From: Candidatus Woesearchaeota archaeon
Lineage (GTDB): Archaea > Nanobdellota > Nanobdellia > Woesearchaeales > JAZDKJ01
Assembly (NCBI GenBank): GCA_043803105.1
Contig: JAZDKJ010000006.1
Span: 478,638 to 542,637, forward strand
Length of the DNA: 64,000 nt
Direction of reading: 5' to 3'
The notes beneath the pieces were generated by a model. That model saw only the letters and a list, made by a program, of their open reading frames with translations, was not told the DNA's origin and did not search any database. Of the stretch, positions 20,095 through 30,118 are shown in pieces; within the stretch, counting starts at the first letter, position 1, and each line of letters begins with the position of its first letter. A program made the position numbers and the translations under genes.

Positions 20095-20574
20095 TCAAAT
20101 ATCAAGTTGTAATTGGAGCTTCCTCTCCACGAATGAGAACAATGATTTGATATAAATTTCAAATTTGAGCTTATAGCTTGTCCAAATTTCTTTAGTGACG
20201 CCTTGCCCGCGGTATTGAATACCGTTTCTGAGTAGCCTCATCGTTTCCAAAGTTTCCCAGTCAAATTCAAAATCTGGATGCTTGACACAAAGATGAGCAC
20301 CAATGCATTTATGATCCCCGGGCTTTATTTGATCAAGGATTGCTATCACATGAATAAGCATCCTCATTACATCATAGCGATTAGAGAACAGCTTTGGGTA
20401 GTTTGTCGTATTTTTCTCTCTTGTTTTTTCAAATTCCAGAGCTTCTACCCAATCAGCTTTTGCCTGCTTGTAAAGCGATTCGGCCAGCTCCTTGTCAATT
20501 GTTTCAGCTGAAATGATTTTTCCGCTTGCTTGACACTCATTGTAAGCATCATCCAATTCTTCGATTTTTTTCAT
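20095..20574 (-). CDS. HEPN-like protein (MNT partner)
   Basis: RLLRNGIQYRG (Rx4Y-type HEPN motif); ATGA overlap with the MNT gene. Confidence 0.65.
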   Translation of the reverse strand: MKKIEELDDAYNECQASGKIISAETIDKELAESLYKQAKADWVEALEFEKTREKNTTNYPKLFSNRYDVMRMLIHVIAILDQIKPGDHKCIGAHLCVKHPDFEFDWETLETMRLLRNGIQYRGQGVTKEIWTSYKLKFEIYIKSLFSFVERKLQLQLDI

Positions 20575-21140
20575 GATGCAGCCACCTCCATAACTTCATA
20601 GATGTCCCCTTTGACAACATATCCTCGAAGGACATTCTTCAATAATCCTGATTTGACTTCTTCCATCTCTTTTTTTGTATGGAACGTGTGAACCTGAACT
20701 TCTCTGCTCTGACCTTGGAATCCTAATCCTTTCCAATACCTTCCAAACTTGAAATTCTCACTTTCTCCGTAGACGAACACATCAACATCGCTGTCCGTGG
20801 TCCAATCTGTTCTGACATAGCTCCCGAAGATGATGATTGTCTTTGCATTTTTTAATCTTTGCAATTCTTGAATAAGACCAGTTCCATAAAGCTTTTGCAG
20901 GGCATATAATTTTTTTTTGGCTCTATATTCGGGTTCCTCATAATTGCCAATGAAATAAGGCATCTTATCTTTTGGTTTTATTCGCTTTATGATTTTATCC
21001 TTCTGAAACCGCCTCAGCCATTTACCTGCTATATTGATGCTGACACCTGAAGTTTCCACTATGTTAGAGAAATGCCATTGCTTAGTGGGCTCATTCATAA
21101 ACAGCTCCAACACCCTTTCTTCCTTTGATAAACTCGGCAT
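20571..21140 (-). CDS. HTH + minimal nucleotidyltransferase
   Basis: IFGSYVRTDW..DSDVDVFV. Confidence 0.85.
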   Translation of the reverse strand: MPSLSKEERVLELFMNEPTKQWHFSNIVETSGVSINIAGKWLRRFQKDKIIKRIKPKDKMPYFIGNYEEPEYRAKKKLYALQKLYGTGLIQELQRLKNAKTIIIFGSYVRTDWTTDSDVDVFVYGESENFKFGRYWKGLGFQGQSREVQVHTFHTKKEMEEVKSGLLKNVLRGYVVKGDIYEVMEVAAS

Positions 21141-21238
21141 AATATTACCTCTAAGACGCAGTATTATTTAAATGTTTTGTTTTTTTGATTTTTTAAGCAC
21201 TTCCTCAAAGCTCCTTTTAAACAGCCATTCTCTTATCC

Positions 21239-21460
21239 TTATTTCTCAAATCCATAGCTCTTCCCAACTGCATACATTGCTTTCATGACTTGCTCTCTGT
21301 CCTCAGAGATTAACGACCTTATCCTGTCCTCTATTGTCATCTTCTGCTCTATTGCAGCAGGCGCTTTGTACTCATGGTACTTGTATCCTCCGTAGAAGGA
21401 AAGCCCGATTATGGCTAAGCTTGTTGCAGTCCTTACTAGCCCCATCTCAATCACCTGCAA
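21239..21460 (-). CDS. Small membrane protein
   Basis: One hydrophobic helix. Confidence 0.5.
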   Translation of the reverse strand: MQVIEMGLVRTATSLAIIGLSFYGGYKYHEYKAPAAIEQKMTIEDRIRSLISEDREQVMKAMYAVGKSYGFEK

Positions 21461-21869
21461 AGTATTGCTTCAGTGTGTTGTACATGAACCTTGCATCCTT
21501 TTTTGTGTTTTGCCATTCTTGCTTCACCTTCTTGTCTATTGTCGGCTTGACCAGTTCCCAGCTCTGTTCATTTGGCATTGCCGCCAGTTGTTTCTTGATA
21601 AGGCTATTTTTCTCAGATTCTGGAAACTTGCTCCAGATATCTTCGCTTAGCCCGTTTCGTACAGCATAGTCAGACATCCTCAGCATTGTACTCTTCCCGA
21701 CATATCCTGCCCGGGTCTGAAGCTCATTTATGCCGTACCCTGCTGCCCCAATCAAAGCAGCTGAAGCAGCAATCAAAAGCGTCTGCCGCCATCTATTTTC
21801 AACCGTTTTCTCATCCAAGACTTTTGTTTCCAATATTTTTTCTTCTGTCATATCAAACACCAAGAACAT
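21447..21869 (-). CDS. Membrane-anchored hypothetical protein
   Basis: One hydrophobic helix; coupled to the next gene. Confidence 0.55.
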   Translation of the reverse strand: MFLVFDMTEEKILETKVLDEKTVENRWRQTLLIAASAALIGAAGYGINELQTRAGYVGKSTMLRMSDYAVRNGLSEDIWSKFPESEKNSLIKKQLAAMPNEQSWELVKPTIDKKVKQEWQNTKKDARFMYNTLKQYFAGD

Positions 21870-22020
21870 CTAAGCTTTCGGTTTTAATATGGTTTTCTAA
21901 CCAAAAAGCAAAGGATTTTCAAGAAAGATGTAATCCCTTTCGTATTCAAAGGAAATTAATTTAGAACTTTTTTCCGGCCTTGTCTGAATGTTTAAATAGT
22001 TATATGCAACAACCAGTCCT

Positions 22021-22533
22021 ATGGAGGTTATTAAGGAAGGGGCAAAATGCCTAATCAAAGGCAATAAGCAGGCAACAATGGAGCTTGACACTTGTTGCGG
22101 TATTGTTATTTACGGCAAAGGCGCTGCTGGTGAAAAGCTTGTTGGAGCTGCGCACTGTGTTGTACCTTCTTATTTTGAGCATTTTCTTCAATTGGAGTGC
22201 TATCTTTCAGGTATCATACTGCCTGAGGATTTTCTCACTACCCCTAACAAGGCTGTTTCCGCCTTGCTGTCATTGTTGAAAAGGAAGAATCCTTGTGCTT
22301 TGACAGCGATAATTGCTGGCTGCCAGTTAGGAAAATATGGCTATGACAATGAGCAAGAGGCTCGAAATGCTCTGGCTTCCGAGCATATCCCTGTCTTAAA
22401 CTCCCGCTTAACCGGTCTTTCGTACACGATAGGCCTTGTTGTTTCTGTTGATTTTTTAGTTGCACAATTCCTAGAGCCTTCTGACAAATCAGTGGTTTAT
22501 CCAGCAAGAAAAGTTCCTCTTGTATATAATTGA
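22021..22533 (+). CDS. cheD: CheD-like glutamine deamidase
   Basis: LDTCCGIVIY...VGAAHCVVP (Cys/His pair), IIAG, N...A...L. Confidence 0.6.
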   Translation: MEVIKEGAKCLIKGNKQATMELDTCCGIVIYGKGAAGEKLVGAAHCVVPSYFEHFLQLECYLSGIILPEDFLTTPNKAVSALLSLLKRKNPCALTAIIAGCQLGKYGYDNEQEARNALASEHIPVLNSRLTGLSYTIGLVVSVDFLVAQFLEPSDKSVVYPARKVPLVYN

Positions 22534-22567
22534 TAAACTGTATGATAAACATTGAAAACCTAAAGAA

Positions 22568-23284
22568 TTAAGCCTTTGGTTGCCCTATGATTACTTCGTC
22601 TGTCAAATGATGAAATTCCGTTGACAAAGTAGCTAGGTATTTTGGGTCAACTTGTGCTGGTTCTTTTATGTAAAGGTTCAGAACAAGGATTTGTCCCTTC
22701 ATTCCGGCTTCTACGGTTAATTTGGAATCAAGAGCGGTAGTAAGCCCTACTGGTACATTTCTACGGACTCTGCTTTGTAATATGTCTGTAAGCCGCTCCA
22801 AAGTTTGGGCTCCAGAAGCAGCTTCTAAAGGAAGATCGAGTACAGTTTGAAATCTACCAAGATAAGTCTTATCCTTTCGGCAAAGATAGTTGCATGATGG
22901 AAATTTTCCCATCAAATCTATCATTGCTGAGTGTGAACTGCAGAAATCAAATACAGATTGCCAGTTTCCATAATGGAAATGCCATGCAAATTGATATGGC
23001 CTCATATCATCTAAAGTCATCTGTGTGACAGTTTCCCTGATTATGTTGCCCTCTTCTGGCTTGATTGTTTTTTGTGAGATTTCTAATCCAGAGAGTTCGT
23101 ACACCACATTGCCAAGCACTGGGCCTTCCTTGCCCAAAATCGTGGTTTCAAGCTCAAATCTCTCTATTGGTTGAAGCTGGCCGAATTTCTTCCTGACATC
23201 TCTGAAGACTTCCTGGGAATCTGCCCAGACCTTTGCTATAAGATCTGCGGCCGGAGTGTAAAGTGTGGCTGTGCTTTTATCCAT
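22568..23284 (-). CDS. Hypothetical protein
   Basis: 238-aa ORF with an upstream TATA box. Confidence 0.6.
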   Translation of the reverse strand: MDKSTATLYTPAADLIAKVWADSQEVFRDVRKKFGQLQPIERFELETTILGKEGPVLGNVVYELSGLEISQKTIKPEEGNIIRETVTQMTLDDMRPYQFAWHFHYGNWQSVFDFCSSHSAMIDLMGKFPSCNYLCRKDKTYLGRFQTVLDLPLEAASGAQTLERLTDILQSRVRRNVPVGLTTALDSKLTVEAGMKGQILVLNLYIKEPAQVDPKYLATLSTEFHHLTDEVIIGQPKA

Positions 23285-23543
23285 AGTACTGAGTGATGCG
23301 CATTCATTATTTAAAGCTTTCTGGAAATTACTACTTTAGCATAGTCACCTTTCCACTAAGAGGCTGCTGTCACTGGCGGTGGTGCCGGAGGCGGGCTTGG
23401 AGGCGGCTGGCTCACTTGCGGTGGAGTTAACGGTGGGTGCAGGCGGTTGGCGCTTTGGGCTAGCAGCTGGTCGAGCTCCTGAAGGATATTGCAGACTCCG
23501 CTTCAAGCAAATCTTTATATAAACATCAAATTAACCTTAGCTA

Positions 23544-24047
23544 ATGAAAAATCGTGCAGTTGGCTTCCTTGTTGTTGGTATTGCTATTCTAATAGCAGTG
23601 ATAATTTTTGCCTTCAACCGCGCTCTGAATAAGATTGTGAACACCTCGTGTTCTCACGGCCCAACCTGCCCTATGTGGGGCACTATTGATTTCCAGACCT
23701 ATGTAAGCTTGGGTGTGATGGGTTTTGTTTTGATTGTAGGTTTGTACCTTATCTTCTTTGGCAAGGAAGAGCGGCTTGTGACAAAGATAATCAAGGTCAA
23801 GGAGCAGATCCAGCCGAGAAAGGTCAGCAGGCCGCATTATCAGAAAGTCTTGGCAGACCTGCCTCATAACGAAAAAAGCGTGATGGGCTTGGTCATTGAT
23901 TCTGAAGGCTCAATCATGCAGTCAGACCTTGTGGAAAAGAGCAAGTTGTCAAAGGTGAACGTTACAAGAGTCCTTGACAGGCTTGAGGGCCGTGGATTGA
24001 TCGAGCGCAAGCGCCGCGGCATGACCAATGTGGTGATATTGAAGTGA
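23544..24047 (+). CDS. Membrane-bound MarR/wHTH regulator
   Basis: Two TM helices with a CxHxxxCxM loop; QSDLV...LSKVNVTRVLDRLEGRGLIERKRRGMTN. Confidence 0.85.
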   Translation: MKNRAVGFLVVGIAILIAVIIFAFNRALNKIVNTSCSHGPTCPMWGTIDFQTYVSLGVMGFVLIVGLYLIFFGKEERLVTKIIKVKEQIQPRKVSRPHYQKVLADLPHNEKSVMGLVIDSEGSIMQSDLVEKSKLSKVNVTRVLDRLEGRGLIERKRRGMTNVVILK

Positions 24048-24550
24048 ACATGTTTTTCTTTGCCTTCCTTGGACTTTTGTTTTATGCCTCAATTATGCTA
24101 GTGAAGTCATATCTTCATCCCAAAACAACCCTGCTTATGATGTTGTTGCACTTGCTCTCAGCCTTAATTGCCATAGTCTCTTACGCAATTTTCGCTTTTG
24201 ACGAAATGATCATCTCCTTCTGGCTGCTCATAGGTCTTACCCTTGTGGCTCTTGGCCTCTTGATCAATGTCTTTGCTTTTAAGGCTCTTCGGTCTCAGGC
24301 ATTTGACCCGGGAAAATCTCTCATTACTTCAGGCATTTACGGCCAGGTCAGAAATCCGATGTACTCAGGGATCATGCTTGCTGCTTATGGTTCGTTTCTT
24401 TTTTCCTTTTCTGCCTATGCCTTGTTATATTGTGTTCTTGTGACCTTCCTCTTGTACTTGGTTGTTTTTGGCGAAGAAGCTTACCTCGCCAAGACCTTTG
24501 GCAAGAAGTTTATTTCTTACCAGGTCAAGGTCCCAAGATTCTTGCCTTGA
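24044..24550 (+). CDS. Isoprenylcysteine carboxyl methyltransferase (PEMT/ICMT) family membrane protein
   Basis: LITSGIYGQVRNPMYSG...EEAYL...FG..Y...VPRF. Confidence 0.85.
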   Translation: MNMFFFAFLGLLFYASIMLVKSYLHPKTTLLMMLLHLLSALIAIVSYAIFAFDEMIISFWLLIGLTLVALGLLINVFAFKALRSQAFDPGKSLITSGIYGQVRNPMYSGIMLAAYGSFLFSFSAYALLYCVLVTFLLYLVVFGEEAYLAKTFGKKFISYQVKVPRFLP

Positions 24551-24610
24551 AACTAGTTTCAGGCCAATGGTTATAAGCTGTTTCAATAACCTACAAACTG
24601 GTGATTTCAA

Positions 24611-24814
24611 ATGGAAAAAAAGTTTTCAATCAAGGGTATGCATTGCCACAGCTGTGAGGTCTTGATCAAGGATTCACTGCAGGATCTTCCTGGTGTAGCA
24701 AATGTAAATGCAAATCAAAAGTCTGGCTTTGCAGAGGTTGTTTTCGACCAGTCAAGGGTAACGGAAGCGCAGTTGAAGCAAACAATAAGGCAATGCGGTT
24801 TTGAGGTGGTCTAG
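24611..24814 (+). CDS. copZ: Copper chaperone (HMA domain)
   Basis: GMHCHSC motif. Confidence 0.85.
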   Translation: MEKKFSIKGMHCHSCEVLIKDSLQDLPGVANVNANQKSGFAEVVFDQSRVTEAQLKQTIRQCGFEVV

Positions 24815-26272
24815 ATGAGCGATAACGATGAACAAAAGCCTGAGCATTTTGTCACAAGGCGCTTTAGTGCCTCTGGCACAACCTGCCAGAACTGTGCTGA
24901 GCTCATCAAGCGCCAGGCTTTAAAGGTTGACGGTGTTAAATCCGCACATTTTGATTATCCAAGCGAGACAGGCTCTGTTACCTATGATCCCTCAAAGACA
25001 GACTTTGATGCTATTCTTTACAAGATTGAGGAAAAGGGTTACACCTGTTTCATACTTGATGAAAAGTCTTCGCAAAGCAAACAGTCTCTTGGTTGGATTT
25101 TCGGCATTCTGGGCTTGCTTGTCGTTGGATATTTTGCCATAGGGCTCATTCACAATGTGCAGATTCCCCAAATCACCCAGAACATGGGCTATGGGCTCTT
25201 GTTTGTGGTAGGCCTTCTTACTGGCTTTCATTGTATTGCTATGTGCGGTGGCTTTGTTGTTGGATATACTGCAAAGGATACACAGCAAGGTAAGAGCTCA
25301 CATCTTTCCCATCTTTGGTATGGTACTGGAAAGGTTATCTCCTACACAATCATTGGAGCTGCATTTGGGCTCTTGGGGTCAATTATCGCTTTTACTCCAA
25401 CAATGAGAGGCATTGCAGGAATTGTTGCTGGAATTTTCCTAGTGATTTTTGGCTTAAGGATGCTTAACGTCTTTCCTGTGCTTCGGAAGTTTCAGTTTAA
25501 GGCTCCTGGTTTTATTTCCAGGATTACTGGCGGCAAGAGCAACAGCCCGCTGGTTGTGGGCTTGCTTAACGGCCTGATGATTGCCTGCGGTCCTTTGCAG
25601 GCAATATACATTATGGCAGCAGGCACAGGCAGCCTTATTGAGGGAGCAAAATTGTTGTTCATCTTTGCGCTTGGAACTTTGCCTGTCATGCTTGGATTCG
25701 GCTACTTCACCAGTTTTGTGTCAGGCAAGTTGACAGCCAAGATTCTAAAGGCTTCGGGGGCAGTGGTTATTTTGCTTGGGCTGATGATGCTCAACAATGG
25801 TCTCGTCCTTACAGGCGCAGGCTATGATTTCAAGAGTATCGTAGGAACAGACACCCCTGCAATACAGTCAGTGAGCGCCGCTCCCTTAAGCCAAGGTTTT
25901 CAGGAAATCCATATGACTGTCGATGCCAATGGCTTTACCCCAAGCAGTTTTGTGCTCCAGAAGGGTGTGCCTGTGAAGTGGATTATTGACGGCAAGCAGA
26001 TTACATCGTGCAACAAGGCTATTCAGGTGCCAGCCTATGGCTTGCAGTTTGATATAAAGCCTGGTTTGCAGACTATTGAATTCACTCCAACTGATGTAGG
26101 CACTATTAGGTGGAGCTGCTGGATGGGAATGATTCACGGCACTTTCATTGTAAAGGATCAGGTGACTGCAGCAGACCAAGCAGCTGTTGCCCAGGCTGCT
26201 ACAGCGCCTTCCGGTGCAGGAACCTGCAACATGGGTTCTGGTGGAGGCTGCGGCTGCGGCATGATGAATTAA
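24815..26272 (+). CDS. HMA + TauE/SafE (DsbD_2) + cupredoxin-like multidomain membrane protein
   Basis: TCQNC, HCIAMCGG, ACGPL, SCWMGM, C-terminal GGCGC. Confidence 0.85.
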   Translation: MSDNDEQKPEHFVTRRFSASGTTCQNCAELIKRQALKVDGVKSAHFDYPSETGSVTYDPSKTDFDAILYKIEEKGYTCFILDEKSSQSKQSLGWIFGILGLLVVGYFAIGLIHNVQIPQITQNMGYGLLFVVGLLTGFHCIAMCGGFVVGYTAKDTQQGKSSHLSHLWYGTGKVISYTIIGAAFGLLGSIIAFTPTMRGIAGIVAGIFLVIFGLRMLNVFPVLRKFQFKAPGFISRITGGKSNSPLVVGLLNGLMIACGPLQAIYIMAAGTGSLIEGAKLLFIFALGTLPVMLGFGYFTSFVSGKLTAKILKASGAVVILLGLMMLNNGLVLTGAGYDFKSIVGTDTPAIQSVSAAPLSQGFQEIHMTVDANGFTPSSFVLQKGVPVKWIIDGKQITSCNKAIQVPAYGLQFDIKPGLQTIEFTPTDVGTIRWSCWMGMIHGTFIVKDQVTAADQAAVAQAATAPSGAGTCNMGSGGGCGCGMMN

Positions 26273-26310
26273 AGCAAATATTTAAATTCGTCAATCTAAT
26301 ATACAATAAT

Positions 26311-28500
26311 ATGCAAAAAACAGAATTCCAGGTATCGGGTATGCATTGCGCCAGCTGCGCTGCTATCATAGACAGGGCGCTGCAAAAGACTCCTGGAGTC
26401 CTGAAATCAAACGTCAATTACGCTAACGCTAATGCACTGGTTGTTTTTGACGAAAGTAAAGTGGATGAGCACGCTCTGATCCAGACCATAAAAAGGGCTG
26501 GATATGGCGCAGAAACTGTTGGTGCCAACACCGCAGTTGCGCAGGAAGAGCGGCAAAGATATGAATATCAGCTTACCAAGGCATATTTCTATTTTGGTTT
26601 GCTTTTTGCGATTCCCGCATTCATCATCGGCATGGTCTTGATGTGGTTTGGCATTGACATCCCTTACAAGGGATTTATCCTTTTGCTTTTGGCCACTCCA
26701 GTCCAGTTTGTTGTTGGCTGGCAGTTTTACAGGGGTGCTTTTCATGCCCTCAGAAACAAGACAGCAAATATGGACACTCTTATCGCTGTCGGCACGAGCG
26801 CAGCCTATTTCTACAGCCTTTATGCTGTGCTTTTCGAACCAACACTTGAGCAGTATTTTGAGATTTCAGCGATCCTCATAACCCTTGTGATGATGGGAAA
26901 GCTTCTTGAGGCCCGGGCAAAAGGAAAGACCTCTGAGGCAATTAAGAAGCTTATGAGCATCGCCCCAAAAACAGCCAGGATAATTCGCAATGGCAAGGAG
27001 TCTGTTGTCGATATTGAGGAAGTCAGGCTTGCAGACATTATTGTCATCAAGCCCGGAGACCGGATTCCCGTGGATGGCAAGCTTGTTGATGGCAATTCCT
27101 CTGTTGACGAGAGCATGGTAACTGGTGAAAGCATCCCTGTTGAGAAGAGAAAGGGTGATTTCGTCTACGCTGGGACAATAAACAAGAATGGCTCTTTTCG
27201 GTTTTCTGCTACAAAGGTGGGCAAGGACACGACTTTGTCGAGGATTATCCAACTAATTAGGGAAGCCCAGGGCACCAAGGCGCCTATACAGCGTTTTGCT
27301 GACATGATTTCAGCATATTTCGTTCCGATTGTTATTGGTCTTGCATTGCTGAACTTTGGTGTCTGGTTGCTCTTGATGCACAGCAGTATTTCATTCGCTC
27401 TCATCACTTCTGTTGCAGTCCTTGTGATAGCATGTCCGTGTGCACTTGGCCTTGCCACTCCAACTGCTATAATGGTTGGGGTTGGAAAGGGCGCCCAGAA
27501 TGGAATTCTTATTCGTGGTGGAGAAGCTTTAGAGACAGCCCAGAAGTTAAAATACATTGTGCTTGACAAGACCGGTGCAATAACCAAAGGCACCCCAGAG
27601 CTGACAGACATAACTCCCTTTTCAAATAATTCTCCTGATTATGTGCTGTCCCTGGCAGCATCGCTTGAGAAGGATTCTGAGCATCCATTGGCTGATGCAA
27701 TAGTCAAGGCTGCAGCACAGAAAAAGCTTCGCACCTCTGCCTTAAAAGGGTTTAAGGCTACTCCAGGCATGGGTGTTTCTGGCAAGGTGCAGGGAAAGCA
27801 GGTCTATCTTGGCAACCAAAAGCTTATGCATAATTTTGGCATCCCTACAGCATCTGTAGACAGGCAGGCAGTAGCGCTTGAGCAAGAAGGCAAGACTGTG
27901 ATGTTTGTTGCTGTTGGCAAGAAAATCATTGGGCTTGTTGCAGTGGCTGATTCTGTCAAGGATAATTCTGCGAAGGCGATAACTGCCTTAAAGAGCCTAG
28001 GTTTGCAGGTATACATGATTACTGGCGACAATGAAAGAACTGCGAAAGCTGTTGCCTCCAGGGTTGGTATAACCAATGTCTTTGCTGGCGTGCTTCCTGA
28101 AGACAAGGTGAACTATGTTAAAGAGCTGCAGAAAAAAGGCAAGGTGGCCATGGTGGGCGACGGAATAAATGATGCTCCTGCCCTTGCACAGGCTGACATC
28201 GGAATAGCCATGGGCTCAGGCACTGATGTTGCTATGGAGACAGGAAACATTGTTCTTATGAAAAACGATCTGCTTGATGTGCCTAGGGCCATTCGGTTAA
28301 GCAAGCTTACTATGTCAAAGATAAGGCAGAACATGTTTTGGGCCTTGATTTACAATACGCTCGGAATTCCTGTTGCTGCAGGTTTGCTGTATCCCTTCAC
28401 AGGCTGGCTTCTATCTCCTGTGATTGCCGGTGCCGCAATGGCATTAAGCTCAGTCAGCGTCGTTACAAACAGCCTTCTGCTCAAAGCTAAGAGGATTTGA
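26311..28500 (+). CDS. copA: Cu(+)-translocating P1B-type ATPase
   Basis: GMHCASC, TGES, CPC, DKTG(A), SEHP, GDGIND, YN, MALSS. Confidence 0.95.
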   Translation: MQKTEFQVSGMHCASCAAIIDRALQKTPGVLKSNVNYANANALVVFDESKVDEHALIQTIKRAGYGAETVGANTAVAQEERQRYEYQLTKAYFYFGLLFAIPAFIIGMVLMWFGIDIPYKGFILLLLATPVQFVVGWQFYRGAFHALRNKTANMDTLIAVGTSAAYFYSLYAVLFEPTLEQYFEISAILITLVMMGKLLEARAKGKTSEAIKKLMSIAPKTARIIRNGKESVVDIEEVRLADIIVIKPGDRIPVDGKLVDGNSSVDESMVTGESIPVEKRKGDFVYAGTINKNGSFRFSATKVGKDTTLSRIIQLIREAQGTKAPIQRFADMISAYFVPIVIGLALLNFGVWLLLMHSSISFALITSVAVLVIACPCALGLATPTAIMVGVGKGAQNGILIRGGEALETAQKLKYIVLDKTGAITKGTPELTDITPFSNNSPDYVLSLAASLEKDSEHPLADAIVKAAAQKKLRTSALKGFKATPGMGVSGKVQGKQVYLGNQKLMHNFGIPTASVDRQAVALEQEGKTVMFVAVGKKIIGLVAVADSVKDNSAKAITALKSLGLQVYMITGDNERTAKAVASRVGITNVFAGVLPEDKVNYVKELQKKGKVAMVGDGINDAPALAQADIGIAMGSGTDVAMETGNIVLMKNDLLDVPRAIRLSKLTMSKIRQNMFWALIYNTLGIPVAAGLLYPFTGWLLSPVIAGAAMALSSVSVVTNSLLLKAKRI

Positions 28501-28876
28501 AAATCTTCCTCAGGATTGCATAGGCTGCCAAGGGAATTGCAGCATACAAGAACTTTCTTTTTTTTGTTGGTTCATTTGTTCCTGTTTTCTCCTGTGCTAT
28601 TACTTTCTGTTCCAAAGAAGCTTGGACTGTTATTTCTTGCCTGCAATTTTCTGCATTTTTCTCCAGGCTTTTTTTCGTCCTCTGTGATTGCAGCTCAAGC
28701 ACTTCGTGAATGATGAGCATCTGTGTGAGCTTTCCTTGGTCTGTTAGGTAAGGGCACATCCTGTCAAACCCTGCCTTGAGCTCCTGATATTTTCTTGTCT
28801 CTCCGTACAGCACCCTTAACTTTGCAAAGAGGTCTTTTTCAACAGCGTTTAGATTTTTTTCGTCCTCTTCCATCAC
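28487..28876 (-). CDS. Hypothetical protein with a C-terminal hydrophobic tail
   Basis: ORF with an upstream TATA box. Confidence 0.55.
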   Translation of the reverse strand: MMEEDEKNLNAVEKDLFAKLRVLYGETRKYQELKAGFDRMCPYLTDQGKLTQMLIIHEVLELQSQRTKKSLEKNAENCRQEITVQASLEQKVIAQEKTGTNEPTKKRKFLYAAIPLAAYAILRKIFKSS

Positions 28877-28957
28877 GCTTCTCTGCCTTAACGATTATTT
28901 AAGTTTATATGAAGGCAAAGCAATATATTTATAAGGACACATTTGTTGCTTCTGGCC

Positions 28958-30118
28958 ATGAACATTGCTGTAGTTTGTGATTCCTTGACTTTCATGAAAT
29001 CCGGTAATATTGTTTCTACCTTGAGGTTTGCAGAGCTTTTGAATCGAAGGGGTCATAAGATCGTATTTATCTCTTCCAAGGATGGGAACAAAGACAGCTT
29101 GACTTTCCTCAAAGGCATGAAGGTCTATAGGTTTTTTTCCATGCCTCTGCCAGGCAGCTCAGGTCAATACCATGTTTCCTTGCCCACAGTCTCCAAGCTG
29201 AGAAAGGTTTTGGTTGACGAAAAGATCGAGCTTGTTCATCTGATTGACCCGACCTTGGCAAGCCTTGTTGCCATTCGGGCAGCAGGCCAGCTGGGAATAA
29301 AGAAGGTTGCCCATGGCCATACTCAACCTGAAAACCTTTATATGCAGCTGCCAAAAATATTCAGGCCGCACAGGCTAACCCCTTTGATATACTGGTTGAT
29401 GCTTGAAGTGTATCATAGGTCAGATGCTCTTGTTTGCCCCTCAGAATTCGCTGGTTGCTTGTTAAGAAAACAAGACCCAAAATTGGAGTACTCGGTAATC
29501 AGCAATGGTGTTGACTTGAAAAGGTTTAGGAAAAGCTCTCCTGTCTCTTTCATGAAAAAATACGGACTTTCAACTGAGCATAAGCACCTCTTGTTTGTTG
29601 GCAGGCTAAGTGCTGAGAAGAACATCGAAACACTTATAAGAGCCATGCCTCATATATTATCAGGGCTCAAGGACGCACATTTGGTCATTGTAGGTTCAGG
29701 AAAGGAAAGGCCTAAGCTCGAGTCTTTGGTAAATAGGTTGGGGCTTAAGGGCAAGGTAGATTTCCTAGGTCGCATTCCTGACGAAGAGCTTCATCTTGCT
29801 TACAACGCCGCTTGCATCTTTGTTTTGCCGTCTATGGCAGAGCTTGAGGGCATGGTTGTCCTTGAAGCTATGGCTTGTGGTAAGCCAATCCTGGTGGCAA
29901 ATTCAAGGAATAGTGCTTCAGTCGAATTGGTTCAGGGGAACGGTTTTGCTTTCAAGCCAAAAGATCCAAAGGATTTGGCCTCAAAGGCACTGATTCTGCT
30001 CACTGACCAAAAGCTTATGTCTAAGATGAGTAAGCAGAGTTTGAGGAACAGTAAGCATTATGATATCAGTAATAGTGTTACCAAGCTTGAGAAGCTTTTT
30101 GTTAAGGTTATATCTTAG
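28958..30118 (+). CDS. GT4 glycosyltransferase
   Basis: SNGVD, FVGRL..EKN, ELEGMVVLEAMACGKP. Confidence 0.92.
   Translation: MNIAVVCDSLTFMKSGNIVSTLRFAELLNRRGHKIVFISSKDGNKDSLTFLKGMKVYRFFSMPLPGSSGQYHVSLPTVSKLRKVLVDEKIELVHLIDPTLASLVAIRAAGQLGIKKVAHGHTQPENLYMQLPKIFRPHRLTPLIYWLMLEVYHRSDALVCPSEFAGCLLRKQDPKLEYSVISNGVDLKRFRKSSPVSFMKKYGLSTEHKHLLFVGRLSAEKNIETLIRAMPHILSGLKDAHLVIVGSGKERPKLESLVNRLGLKGKVDFLGRIPDEELHLAYNAACIFVLPSMAELEGMVVLEAMACGKPILVANSRNSASVELVQGNGFAFKPKDPKDLASKALILLTDQKLMSKMSKQSLRNSKHYDISNSVTKLEKLFVKVIS

Noticed and set aside
26110-26310. Long N-terminal extension of CopA in the ORF track
   Set aside because: It overlaps the upstream gene; the ATG at 26311 follows a TATA box and begins the HMA domain
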